From Sulfurimonas sp. (lineage in GTDB: Bacteria > Campylobacterota > Campylobacteria > Campylobacterales > Sulfurimonadaceae), in assembly GCA_003978475.1 (NCBI GenBank), contig QNZR01000099.1:1-32280 (forward strand): a DNA stretch of 32,280 nucleotides. Direction: 5' to 3'. A program made the position numbers and the translations under genes. A model generated the notes under the pieces. That model worked only from the letters and a program-made list of their open reading frames with translations, ran no database searches and had not been told where the DNA came from. Of the stretch, positions 1 to 8,264 are shown piece after piece (position 1 is the stretch's first letter; every line of letters begins with the position of its first letter).

Positions 1-966
1 AAGGATATCTTTTTCATGACCCTCGGCATCAAACGTCGCACTGTATTCCGTCTCCATAAGTCCCTGATACGAGACCCCGATACGCTTACCGCGATTATGA
101 CAGGTAGAACAGGTCTCTACCGGCACACCGGAATACTCCGTATCGTGAACTTTGACTTTGACTTTTCGTGATGACTGTATGGCATGAACCAGCATATGCC
201 CCGGCTCTTTGGAAATACTCTGGTCACCGCCTTCATAGATTCCCTCGTTAGAGTACGGCACATGGCATGATGCACAGCCGATACCCCGATAGTCTCCCCG
301 TTTTTTACGCCCTTTTGAACCGGTATGACATCGTAAACACTCCTGACGCAAATAGGTATAGACCGCTAAGGAAGGATCTTTTTCTATAGCCTCAGCCGTC
401 GGTGCCGGCGGCAACGGCGTCATCTCGTGGGGAAAAGCCTGCGGTTCCATGCGTGTCAGTTGTTTCATGTAGGCTTGATACTGTTTCGTTCCCAAACGCC
501 GGTGGGGGTCATCGGGATTTTTTGTAGCGTAATTACCGACATTGTGGTTATAACCTTCTTTGGCACCAAATCCCCACAAAGCACCTTGGATTTTTCCCTG
601 CTCACTCATCATTAGCGAGTTCATTTGCACCGCCACCTGCTCTTTATGGCACATCCCGCACGTGTTGTGGTTAATCCAGCTACTCCCGGGTGCCGGATAG
701 AACTCCTTGGGACCTTCATGGGTTTGAAAATAGGCTACGGTACCGCTGTGTGCCGCTTCTTTTGCCGCTTCTTGCGGATTCCCGCCGTGACAGACAATAC
801 AGTCATTGCCTTCATGCCCGGCTTTCAGCGCCAGAGCTTTAATCTGCTTCATCATTTCAGAGCTGTTTGCCCGAATCGGCTCAATACCCTCATGACATTC
901 CAGACAGCTGTTTTTGCCATGCAATACCGCAACAAACAGTAAAATTATCAACGTTACATAGGGCAT
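1..966 (-). CDS. Multihaem cytochrome c, N-terminal part (gene runs off window start); N-terminal hydrophobic anchor or signal
   Basis: Absent from the ORF track because it has no stop inside the window. Manual minus-strand translation from ATG (comp. 964-966) gives MPYVTLIILLFVAVLHGKNSCLECHEGIEPIR... Six CxxCH haem-c motifs (CLECH, CIVCH, CGMCH, CLRCH, CASCH, CSTCH) fall within ~320 aa and the frame stays open to position 1. The start lies 9 bp downstream of the nusB stop. Confidence 0.7.
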   Translation of the reverse strand, partial: MPYVTLIILLFVAVLHGKNSCLECHEGIEPIRANSSEMMKQIKALALKAGHEGNDCIVCHGGNPQEAAKEAAHSGTVAYFQTHEGPKEFYPAPGSSWINHNTCGMCHKEQVAVQMNSLMMSEQGKIQGALWGFGAKEGYNHNVGNYATKNPDDPHRRLGTKQYQAYMKQLTRMEPQAFPHEMTPLPPAPTAEAIEKDPSLAVYTYLRQECLRCHTGSKGRKKRGDYRGIGCASCHVPYSNEGIYEGGDQSISKEPGHMLVHAIQSSRKVKVKVHDTEYSGVPVETCSTCHNRGKRIGVSYQGLMETEYSATFDAEGHEKDIL

Positions 967-975
967 GAATATTAC

Positions 976-1374
976 CTACTTGTCTTTGGCAATGGCGTCT
1001 AATACACCGTTAATGAATTTCGGGGACTGTTCCGTTCCAAATGATTTTGCCACTTCAATGGCTTCGTTAATAATAACGGCAGAGTCCAGATCGGTATTTA
1101 AAATTTCATAGGCTCCCAACCGTAATGTGGCACGTTCAATCGAACCCAAACGCTCAAAATCCCACTCTTTTAGATGCGCCACAATAGCATGGTCAATGGG
1201 GTCAAGTTGTGCCATGACACCGCCAAAAAGTTCCAAAGCAAACTCCCGCTGCTTGTTACGAATTTTCTTCTCTTCTAAAATCTCTTCACTGTACTCCGCA
1301 ATGGAGCGGTTTCCCAAATCGTAAGCATAGAGCAGACTCACTACTGCCATGCGGGCATGATGTCGTGTCGCCAT
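976..1374 (-). CDS. nusB: Transcription antitermination factor NusB
   Basis: 132-aa ORF with a typical NusB sequence (LLYAYDLG..., ...FINGVLD). ATG at comp. 1372-1374 overlaps the ribH stop (translational coupling). Confidence 0.9.
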   Translation of the reverse strand: MATRHHARMAVVSLLYAYDLGNRSIAEYSEEILEEKKIRNKQREFALELFGGVMAQLDPIDHAIVAHLKEWDFERLGSIERATLRLGAYEILNTDLDSAVIINEAIEVAKSFGTEQSPKFINGVLDAIAKDK

Positions 1375-1838
1375 TAAAGGTTCTCGTACAGATCAAGCAT
1401 CTCAATCACCGTGGTCATTGCTTCAAAACCCTTGTTCCCCGACTTCGTTCCGGCGCGTTCTATGGCCTGTTCAATCGTATCGGTCGTTAAGAGTCCGAAT
1501 GCGACCGGTTTTTGATGCTTCAAACTCATGGTGGCAATCCCTTTGGTCGCTTCGGCCGAGACATAATCAAAATGCGGGGTGGCTCCGCGAATGACCGCAC
1601 CCAGCGCGCAGATGGCATCATACTTGCCGCTGCTCAAAAGTTGATCGACAATCATCGGAAGCTCAAAAGCTCCCGGCACCAGCACATGGGTAAGATCGTT
1701 CTCGTGACCGCCGTGACGGTCAAACGCATCTTTGGCTCCTTCAACCAGTCTATCGACAATAAAATGGTTCCAACGGGTACTGACAATCGCAATATTTTTG
1801 CCGTTGATTACTTTGAGTTTTCCTTCAATAAGTGTCAT
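1374..1838 (-). CDS. ribH: 6,7-dimethyl-8-ribityllumazine synthase
   Basis: 154 aa with the lumazine synthase signature ([26 protein letters not shown]). ATG at comp. 1836-1838 is preceded by an AAGGAA RBS. Confidence 0.9.
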   Translation of the reverse strand: MTLIEGKLKVINGKNIAIVSTRWNHFIVDRLVEGAKDAFDRHGGHENDLTHVLVPGAFELPMIVDQLLSSGKYDAICALGAVIRGATPHFDYVSAEATKGIATMSLKHQKPVAFGLLTTDTIEQAIERAGTKSGNKGFEAMTTVIEMLDLYENL

Positions 1839-1848
1839 ATTCTATTCC

Positions 1849-2643
1849 TTAATCTATTTCTTGAATTTGTATGAGTGTCTGCGTCAATTGCTGCAGTGTT
1901 TCGAGCGTAATCATGTTGGGACCGTCACTCAATGCCTGAGACGGATCAAAATGGGTCTCAAAGAAAAACCCGTCCACACCGACTGCCGCAGCTGCTTTAC
2001 TTAAATAGGGCACCATCGAACTGTCTCCGCCGGTACTGCCGCCGCCGGATCCGGGCATCTGCACCGAATGGGTCGCATCAAAAAGTACCGGAGCCGCACG
2101 GCGCATAATCACCAAAGAGCGCATATCGACTACCATATTGCCATAACCGAATGAAGAGCCGCGTTCCGTCAGTAGCACTCCATGCGCTTTGGCATGCTCG
2201 TATCCCGCTGTCTCGCAACCGCGGGTTTTTAATACTTTTAAGACAGAATACTGCATGTCACCGGGATTCATAAACTGCCCTTTTTTAATGTTGACCATTG
2301 CATCGGTTCGCGCCGCAGCAACCAGTAGATCGGTCTGGCGGCATAAAAAAGCGGGAATTTGCAGCATATCGACCACTTCGGCCGTCGGAGCGACCTGATA
2401 ACTTTCATGCACATCCGTGACAATCTTGTAGCCAAAGGTCTCTTTGACTTTTTGCAGTAAACGCAGCCCCTCTTCAAGCCCCGGGCCACGGAAACTCTCC
2501 AGTGACGTACGATTGGCTTTGTCAAAACTGGCTTTAAAATAAAAATCGAACTGCGCATCCTCGTGATACGGCTGTAACGCTTCGGCAATTCTAAAAAGGC
2601 TCGCCTCACTCTCAATGACGCACGGACCTGACAATAGTATCAT
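1849..2643 (-). CDS. kdsA: 2-dehydro-3-deoxyphosphooctonate aldolase (KDO-8-P synthase)
   Basis: Strong KdsA similarity ([20 protein letters not shown], motifs around DVTHS). The track ORF begins at a TTG (2673). The in-frame ATG at comp. 2641-2643 gives the canonical N-terminus [12 protein letters not shown] and has a GAGGAA RBS 8 nt upstream. The stop is 10 bp from the ribH start (operon kdsA-ribH-nusB). Confidence 0.9.
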   Translation of the reverse strand: MILLSGPCVIESEASLFRIAEALQPYHEDAQFDFYFKASFDKANRTSLESFRGPGLEEGLRLLQKVKETFGYKIVTDVHESYQVAPTAEVVDMLQIPAFLCRQTDLLVAAARTDAMVNIKKGQFMNPGDMQYSVLKVLKTRGCETAGYEHAKAHGVLLTERGSSFGYGNMVVDMRSLVIMRRAAPVLFDATHSVQMPGSGGGSTGGDSSMVPYLSKAAAAVGVDGFFFETHFDPSQALSDGPNMITLETLQQLTQTLIQIQEID

Positions 2644-2682
2644 TTGTGTATTCCTCATGCAGTTGAAAAGCAAGATTATACC

Positions 2683-3573
2683 CTATTTTCCCTTGGCGGC
2701 CATTATGCCCGCAATGATAATGAGTACAATGCCGCATGATGTCAGAACATCGGGAAGGGCATCACCAAGCATGAGCCCCAAAATAACGGAAAATACAATG
2801 CTGCTGTAACTCACCGCTCCGACAATACCCGCCTTGGAGACGCCGTACGCCCTGGTCATATAATATTGTGCCAAAGTGGCAAAGATTCCCATGCCGACAA
2901 TATAGAGCCATACCACACCCTCAGGCATAACAAATTCTCCCAGCATAAAATCCAAAGCATTTACATGTAAAAATTCAGAAAGCAGTAGCAACACCAAAGG
3001 TCCCAGCGTGCCGACGACCATAAACGAAAGCACAATAGCGCGGGTATCGTAGTAGGAACGCAATTCTCGTACCGAAGTGTATGCCAGTGCTGCCCCCACA
3101 CCGCTGAAGATACCTAAAATATCGGTCTTGCTAAAACTCAATCCCGTCGGCTGGGTAATGAAGACAATACCGATAAAACCGATACATATGCCCAGCCATC
3201 CCAGTGGGGAAAGCTGCTCGTTTAAGAGCATGTAAGCAAAGAGTGCGGTAAAAATAGGAGCGGTTTTAGAAAAGGTCATGGCATCACCCAGAGGAATATG
3301 TGCAATATTGTAAAAAAATGCCAATAAGGCAATAAACCCCATGAACCCGCGAAAAAAGAGCAGCAGCGGTCTACCGCCCTGCTGTACCAGAGGGCTTCTC
3401 ATCAGAGTCATTCCTACCAGTACCACTCCAAACAAATTTCTAAAAAAAACCACCTCCAACGAACTCATATGCTCACTGCAGAGTTTGGCAAACGCACCCA
3501 TCACGCCAAAAAGCAGTGAAGAGAGCAGCATGTATTTAATACCGGTGTCAAGATTTGTAAAAGTCTGTTTCAT
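2683..3573 (-). CDS. EamA/DMT-superfamily permease (RarD/EamA-like, about 10 TM)
   Basis: 296-aa polytopic membrane protein with two EamA-like halves, starting at ATG. It contains an in-CDS copy of the TTACATGTAA palindrome at ~2961-2970. Confidence 0.75.
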   Translation of the reverse strand: MKQTFTNLDTGIKYMLLSSLLFGVMGAFAKLCSEHMSSLEVVFFRNLFGVVLVGMTLMRSPLVQQGGRPLLLFFRGFMGFIALLAFFYNIAHIPLGDAMTFSKTAPIFTALFAYMLLNEQLSPLGWLGICIGFIGIVFITQPTGLSFSKTDILGIFSGVGAALAYTSVRELRSYYDTRAIVLSFMVVGTLGPLVLLLLSEFLHVNALDFMLGEFVMPEGVVWLYIVGMGIFATLAQYYMTRAYGVSKAGIVGAVSYSSIVFSVILGLMLGDALPDVLTSCGIVLIIIAGIMAAKGK

Positions 3574-3647
3574 GAGCGCTATTTTAACTTTTTTACTTTA
3601 TACTTAGGTATTGGGTTCTTTGATGAACCTTTCAAAAAGGATTCTGT

Positions 3648-4403
3648 TTGGGTAATATTATTATTTTTCTTGTCGTGGCGTATGTATTGTACCGTGTTGT
3701 TAAAAGCTATAAACGTTTTGAAAAAATATATTACCGTGAACAGTTTAAAAATTTTACCCTGACCAAAGAACATTTGGAACAGAGCGAACTGGGGCTTTTT
3801 GTTGCCCTCACTGCCAAAGTTGCCAAGGCTGACGGACGGGTTGATGAACTCGAAGCCGAACTTATCGGCAACATGTTTAACGACATTAGTAAAATTTTTC
3901 CCGATCCCGAGCATGCCAAAACGCTGTTAAAAGCAATTTTCCAACACGAAAAAGAGCTGGCTTTTAATCTCGAGCAAAAAGCACAGGAACTCTACCGTGC
4001 CCTAAAAGGTGATGCACGAAAAACGCACGATATGCTCGGATTTTGGATGAATCTCGCCTTTGTTGACGGTGAACTCTCCCACAATGAAGAGCAGATGCTC
4101 CGTAGCCTTTCAAAACTGCTACATGTCGATGAGACACGCTTTCAAAGCATGTTGGAACAGTTTAAAAGCGTCTATAAGAACACCCGCGTACAAAGCTCTA
4201 TTGACGATGCCTATGCACTCTTGGGCATGAGCCGGGAGAACTCCATGGATGAGATTAAAAAAGCATACCGCAAGCTCGTGCGCCAATACCACCCCGACAT
4301 CATCAAAGCTCAAGGTGCCGATGAGGTCTACATGAAAGAAGCCACCGAAAAAGTACAGGCCATTAATGCCGCGTATGAACAGATTAAAAAAGCAATCGAT
4401 TAG
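3648..4403 (+). CDS. djlA: DjlA-type membrane-anchored J-domain co-chaperone (TM + TerB-like domain + C-terminal DnaJ domain)
   Basis: An N-terminal hydrophobic helix is followed by a TerB-like region ([18 protein letters not shown]...). The C-terminal J domain has HPD ([32 protein letters not shown]). The start is TTG with an AAAGGA RBS 7 nt upstream. Confidence 0.7.
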   Translation: MGNIIIFLVVAYVLYRVVKSYKRFEKIYYREQFKNFTLTKEHLEQSELGLFVALTAKVAKADGRVDELEAELIGNMFNDISKIFPDPEHAKTLLKAIFQHEKELAFNLEQKAQELYRALKGDARKTHDMLGFWMNLAFVDGELSHNEEQMLRSLSKLLHVDETRFQSMLEQFKSVYKNTRVQSSIDDAYALLGMSRENSMDEIKKAYRKLVRQYHPDIIKAQGADEVYMKEATEKVQAINAAYEQIKKAID

Positions 4404-4482
4404 AATGACTTTAAGGATCGTTCTTTGTAACAAAGCAACGCTATAATCAATCATAGATTTCTAACACCCTTAAGGAGAAATC

Positions 4483-5672
4483 ATGACAACCGTACTGATT
4501 ATCGGGGGAGGGTATGGCGGTATCCGTGCCCTTGAAACCCTTGCTGCACAAGCCGAGGGCACCTTGCAAATTACCCTTGTTGATCAACATACCTACCATT
4601 ACCTGCAAACTGAGAGCTACAACCTTTTGGTCTCCAACCGTTCCCTTGAGCAGACCTTTGTCTATCTTCCGGCTCTGGTTGCCAGCTTGGGTGATCATAC
4701 CCATTTTGTCTGTGACGAGGCGCTGCATATTGAGAAACAGACACTCATTTGCCAAAACTCCCGTTTGGATTTTGATTATGCCATCATTGCCACCGGAAGT
4801 GTCACACGGTTTTCACAAGATTTTCATGCCAAAGGCGCTTATGTTCTCGGTGTCAAAAGCCTCAGAGCCACCCTGCATGCCAAACATTTTTTTGAAGACG
4901 AACTGTTTGAGCGTCTCGAAGGGTGCCACCATCAAAAACCTTTACTATCGTCGTCATTGGCGCCGGATTAAGCGGCGTAGAAGTTGCTGCACAGATGCAG
5001 GAGTATTTTAACCGCTATACCAAAGAGAACGTCCTGCGCTGCGGCCGTATTCACATTAAACTGATTGCCAAACATATTTTAAAAACGCAAAGCAGCAAGG
5101 TCATCGCCAAAGTAACAAGACGTCTTAAGCATCTGGGTGTCGAACTTCTCGCACATCATGTAAGCAGTATTGAAGAGCAACATGTCGTTCTGGACACCGG
5201 TGATACCATCAATTTTGACTTTACCATTGTGACCGGGGGCATTGCCCCCTCCCCATTTATTGAGCAGCTCGCCTACAAGAAAAACACCCACGGTTTCCTA
5301 GCCGTCGATGCCTACTTGCGTCTGTCACCTACACTGTTTGCTATTGGAGATGCTGCCGCCTTGCACAATCGTGCCGGAGAAGCCGTCGCTCCTACCGCAC
5401 AAAGTGCTGAAGCCAGCGGCACCATTGCCGCCAACAATATTATGGCTTCCATTAACGAACAACCGTTGCAGCGCGCCCACATTCAACTTCGTGGAATGGC
5501 CATTGCCCTGGGCGGCAGATATGCGCTGGTCGTGACCCCGTTTGGTTTGTGCATTGGCGGTGTCGCAGGATGGCTCATTAAACAGGCAATCGAGAAATAT
5601 TACAAAGTCAGACTCAAACGTCAGGCCGCTCGCGTCCATAACATACACGATGTCTGCCCTCAGCCGGGGTAA
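4483..5672 (+). pseudogene. Type II NADH dehydrogenase (NDH-2)-like FAD/NAD(P) oxidoreductase, split by a -1 frameshift near an A5 run (~4930-4940)
   Basis: ORF 4483..4971 encodes the first Rossmann fold (VLIIGGGYGGIRALE). ORF 4923..5672, in another frame, encodes the second (TIVVIGAGLSGVEVAAQ) and the C-terminal FAIGDAA motif. Together they make one ~396-aa NDH-2-like protein. An AAGGAG RBS sits 6 nt before the ATG at 4483. Confidence 0.6.
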
Positions 5673-5771
5673 TATCCTGCGACACATTATGAAACACAAA
5701 GAACATTAAACTACATTCAAGTTATTAGTAGTTAGAATTCAGTTGTTAACATAACTTAAGGAGTCGTAACA

Positions 5772-6203
5772 ATGTTAGAAGAGTTTAAAAAGTTTCTAAT
5801 TAAAGGAAACATGGTCGACATGGCAGTCGGTTTTATTTTTGGTGGCGCCTTTGCAACCGTCATTAAATCTATGGTTGACAATGTCGTTATGCCGCCGGTA
5901 GGTATGCTCTTGGGCAAAGTTGATTTTTCACAACTTTTTATTGCGCTTGACGGTAATGACTATGCGTCTATGGAAGCATTGGATAAAGCCGGTGCCCCTG
6001 CCATCAAATACGGTATGTTTGTCAACGATGTTATCTCATTTGTCATTTTAGGTTTTATTATCTTTATGTTTATTCGATCGTACAACAAACTTAAAGAACC
6101 TGAGGAGGCACCGGCACCAACAACCAAAGTCTGTGGTGAATGTGCTATGGAAATTCCTCTTGATGCCAAGAAATGTGGTTACTGCGGTAACACTAACGTC
6201 TAA
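5772..6203 (+). CDS. mscL: Large-conductance mechanosensitive channel MscL with an atypical C-terminal CxxC-X12-CxxC tail
   Basis: The N-terminal 100 aa match MscL (GNMVDMAVGFIFGGAFATVIKSMVDNVVMPP). An AAGGAG RBS lies upstream. The C-terminus reads KVCGECAMEIPLDAKKCGYCGNTNV. Confidence 0.85.
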   Translation: MLEEFKKFLIKGNMVDMAVGFIFGGAFATVIKSMVDNVVMPPVGMLLGKVDFSQLFIALDGNDYASMEALDKAGAPAIKYGMFVNDVISFVILGFIIFMFIRSYNKLKEPEEAPAPTTKVCGECAMEIPLDAKKCGYCGNTNV

Positions 6204-6221
6204 CATCCTCTTTGGGATGCC

Positions 6222-7172
6222 TCATGACACGGCTTTAAGCAGATGTTGCAAATCGCTTGCTTGCATCTTGCGCCCCGCATGCTTGTGACGGTTGGCCAGA
6301 TCTATTTGTGTCATTAGTCCACTGGTGCCGTCTTCGTTAAGATAGAGCCCGTTGGAGCGGATGCGTCCGAGCACCTCGTTATGGTCGTTTTTTAGATCAA
6401 AATCATTTTTGGTGTATCCCAGATACAGTGCACCGATACCCAGCTCTGCTAAAGGAATGAGGCGACGTTCTCCGCTGCTGCTGCTCCAGATACGCAATTC
6501 GTTAAAAATCGCATCATTGGCATCAATCCATCGGTTGTTATCACTGTCGTAACGGCTTAAATCAACAAAACCATTGCCGTTAGTGGCACCAAAAAGCTCA
6601 CTGCCGTCATCAATTGTGCCGTTACGGTTCTTATCGAGCGCCAAAAATCCACTGCCTTCTTGAAGCGGCGCAACCGCCTCACCGACTCCGTCACAATCCA
6701 GATCAAAGGTAAAGGTCTCGTTTTGCAATTGCGGCAATGTTCCATCAAAATTAATCACTAACGGATCGTAAAACTGTGAGCGCTCTACCTCATACCGTGC
6801 CACAAAACTGCTTGAAAATGCCACATCCAGCGAAAGTGTAATCTCTTGTGTCGGAGTACGCACAATACCCTTCATACTCACCTCTAACGATTCGTATTCG
6901 CGACGTTCTTTATTATACGTGCCGTTTTTCTGCGCAAACTGCCCGGCATCATAGGTTTCGCACGCATATGAGCCTGATTGCAAGCTTGCCAAAAGCTGAC
7001 GAATCAATTCATATTCCAACACTTTGTCTAATGACATTTGGGCATTTGCTGCTTCAAGTTCTTGCGTGCGTTTGGCATTTTCAGCCTCTAGTTCACTGAG
7101 AAAGCCTGTAGCGACAGATGTTGTTTTCGTATGCTCAGAATGCATCTCCAGCGCAAAGCTCTCGATGGTCAT
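6222..7172 (-). CDS. Hypothetical cytoplasmic protein: N-terminal coiled-coil plus C-terminal EF-hand/FG-GAP-like Asp-rich Ca-binding loops
   Basis: 316 aa with no signal peptide. Loops DLDCDGVGE, DKNRNGTIDDGSE, DSDNNRWIDANDA. ATG at comp. 7170-7172 follows an AAAGGAG RBS. Upstream in minus-strand order are an extended -10 TGTTAAAAT (comp. 7201-7209), then the palindrome TTACATGTAA (7191-7200), then the RBS. Confidence 0.55.
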   Translation of the reverse strand: MTIESFALEMHSEHTKTTSVATGFLSELEAENAKRTQELEAANAQMSLDKVLEYELIRQLLASLQSGSYACETYDAGQFAQKNGTYNKERREYESLEVSMKGIVRTPTQEITLSLDVAFSSSFVARYEVERSQFYDPLVINFDGTLPQLQNETFTFDLDCDGVGEAVAPLQEGSGFLALDKNRNGTIDDGSELFGATNGNGFVDLSRYDSDNNRWIDANDAIFNELRIWSSSSGERRLIPLAELGIGALYLGYTKNDFDLKNDHNEVLGRIRSNGLYLNEDGTSGLMTQIDLANRHKHAGRKMQASDLQHLLKAVS

Positions 7173-7249
7173 AGTAACTCCTTTTAATATTTACATGTAA
7201 ATTTTAACAAGCAATTACTGTTCCCTCCCCGTGAAAGCGGCATTCAGGC

Positions 7250-8197
7250 TTAGCGGTGCTGTGTAATATATCGGGCAATGGCATAGCCGTGGTTCAGTCC
7301 CAATACAATGGAGCCGCCAGACTCCTGGGTAATATCACCGGCGACAAAAAGTCCTTTGACCTGTGTCTCGTAGTGCTCGTTATGAACCGGCTTGCCATCT
7401 TCAATACCGATATGACTGCTTTGTAAAAAGGCACTGGGTGTAGTGCCGCCAATAGCGTAAATAAGACGATCAAACGTTTCGCTGCTGCCGTCACCGAAAT
7501 TGACATGTACTTTTCCCTGATCGGCTTCTAACGATTCAATGGTCTGATGCAATAGCGGACGGACGGCGCCACGCTCTATGGCCGCCATAATATCCTGTTC
7601 GTTGGTCGGGTTGGCACGGCGGAAGGTTCCGCGACGGTAACAGATGCTCACTTCATTCTTGTCGGCAAGTTCTACCGCGTACTCAATCGCAGAATCTCCA
7701 CCGCCGACCACCATGATTTTTTCTCCCTGAGAGCAGTGCTCCAAGGTATAGTTGACCTGCTGCTTGATTGAGGGCGGAATAGGATAACTCGGTTTATTGG
7801 GCTTACCCATCCGTCCGATGGTGACCACAACATAACGTGCCCTAACCACACCACCGGTCATAAAAATTTCAAAACTGCCGTCAGAATGTTTGCTGATTTT
7901 TTGTACTTCGGTATGGGTTTTGAGCTCTAGGGCATGCTGATCAAGCAGATCATCAAAAAAGTCCAGAGTACTCTCTTTGGTGCCATCAACAAAGTAAATA
8001 TTACCGTCACACTCAACCTGCTGCCCTTTCCAGTCCTTATCGACCCGTTTCTTGTCTTTGTAAAACTTCCGAATGGTCGCGTTATGATTCTCATCTTTTT
8101 CCAGAAGCACGATATTACGAATCCCCAAAGCATAGCTCTCAATTGCCGTAGCAATACCTGCGGGACCAGCACCAATAATTGCCAAATCATACACCAT
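7250..8197 (-). CDS. FAD-dependent pyridine nucleotide-disulfide oxidoreductase family protein (TrxB/YpdA-like, no CxxC redox motif)
   Basis: The N-terminus is MVYDLAIIGAGPAGIATA, with a second dinucleotide-binding motif (KIMVVGGGDSAIE) and a C-terminal GLFVAGD. The real ATG is at comp. 8195-8197 with an AAGGAG RBS. The track ORF extends a further 110 aa upstream without support. Confidence 0.7.
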   Translation of the reverse strand: MVYDLAIIGAGPAGIATAIESYALGIRNIVLLEKDENHNATIRKFYKDKKRVDKDWKGQQVECDGNIYFVDGTKESTLDFFDDLLDQHALELKTHTEVQKISKHSDGSFEIFMTGGVVRARYVVVTIGRMGKPNKPSYPIPPSIKQQVNYTLEHCSQGEKIMVVGGGDSAIEYAVELADKNEVSICYRRGTFRRANPTNEQDIMAAIERGAVRPLLHQTIESLEADQGKVHVNFGDGSSETFDRLIYAIGGTTPSAFLQSSHIGIEDGKPVHNEHYETQVKGLFVAGDITQESGGSIVLGLNHGYAIARYITQHR

Positions 8198-8264
8198 AAT
8201 GTGCTCCTTATTCTCAACATTGTGCAACAGTGTAATATAATTACGTTTAATTTTCAATGGATTA

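Noticed and set aside
427-942. Plus-strand ORFs 427..615 and 625..942
   Set aside because: They lie antisense to the hand-translated multihaem cytochrome c gene, which has six CxxCH motifs in one continuous frame. They have no RBS and their sequence is low-complexity. They are antisense artefacts.
2268-2615. ORF 2268..2615 (-) and 2189..2398 (+)
   Set aside because: Both lie entirely within kdsA in alternative frames or on the opposite strand. The kdsA frame has full-length homology.
2961-2970. In-CDS copies of TTACATGTAA (here and at 20283-20292, both encoding Leu-His-Val)
   Set aside because: They are kept as part of the motif statistics but rejected as functional operators. They lie deep inside coding sequence, far from any promoter, and the shared LHV tripeptide explains the identical DNA.
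3579-3919. Minus-strand ORFs 3579..3914 and 3731..3919 overlapping the djlA 5' region
   Set aside because: They lie antisense to the DjlA-like gene, whose TM-TerB-J-domain architecture is coherent. They have no RBS.
4514-5011. ORF 4514..5011 (+), 165 aa
   Set aside because: It is the third frame across the NDH-2 frameshift region and a Pro/Arg-rich nonsense translation. The real coding information is in the two frames that carry the GxGxxG motifs.
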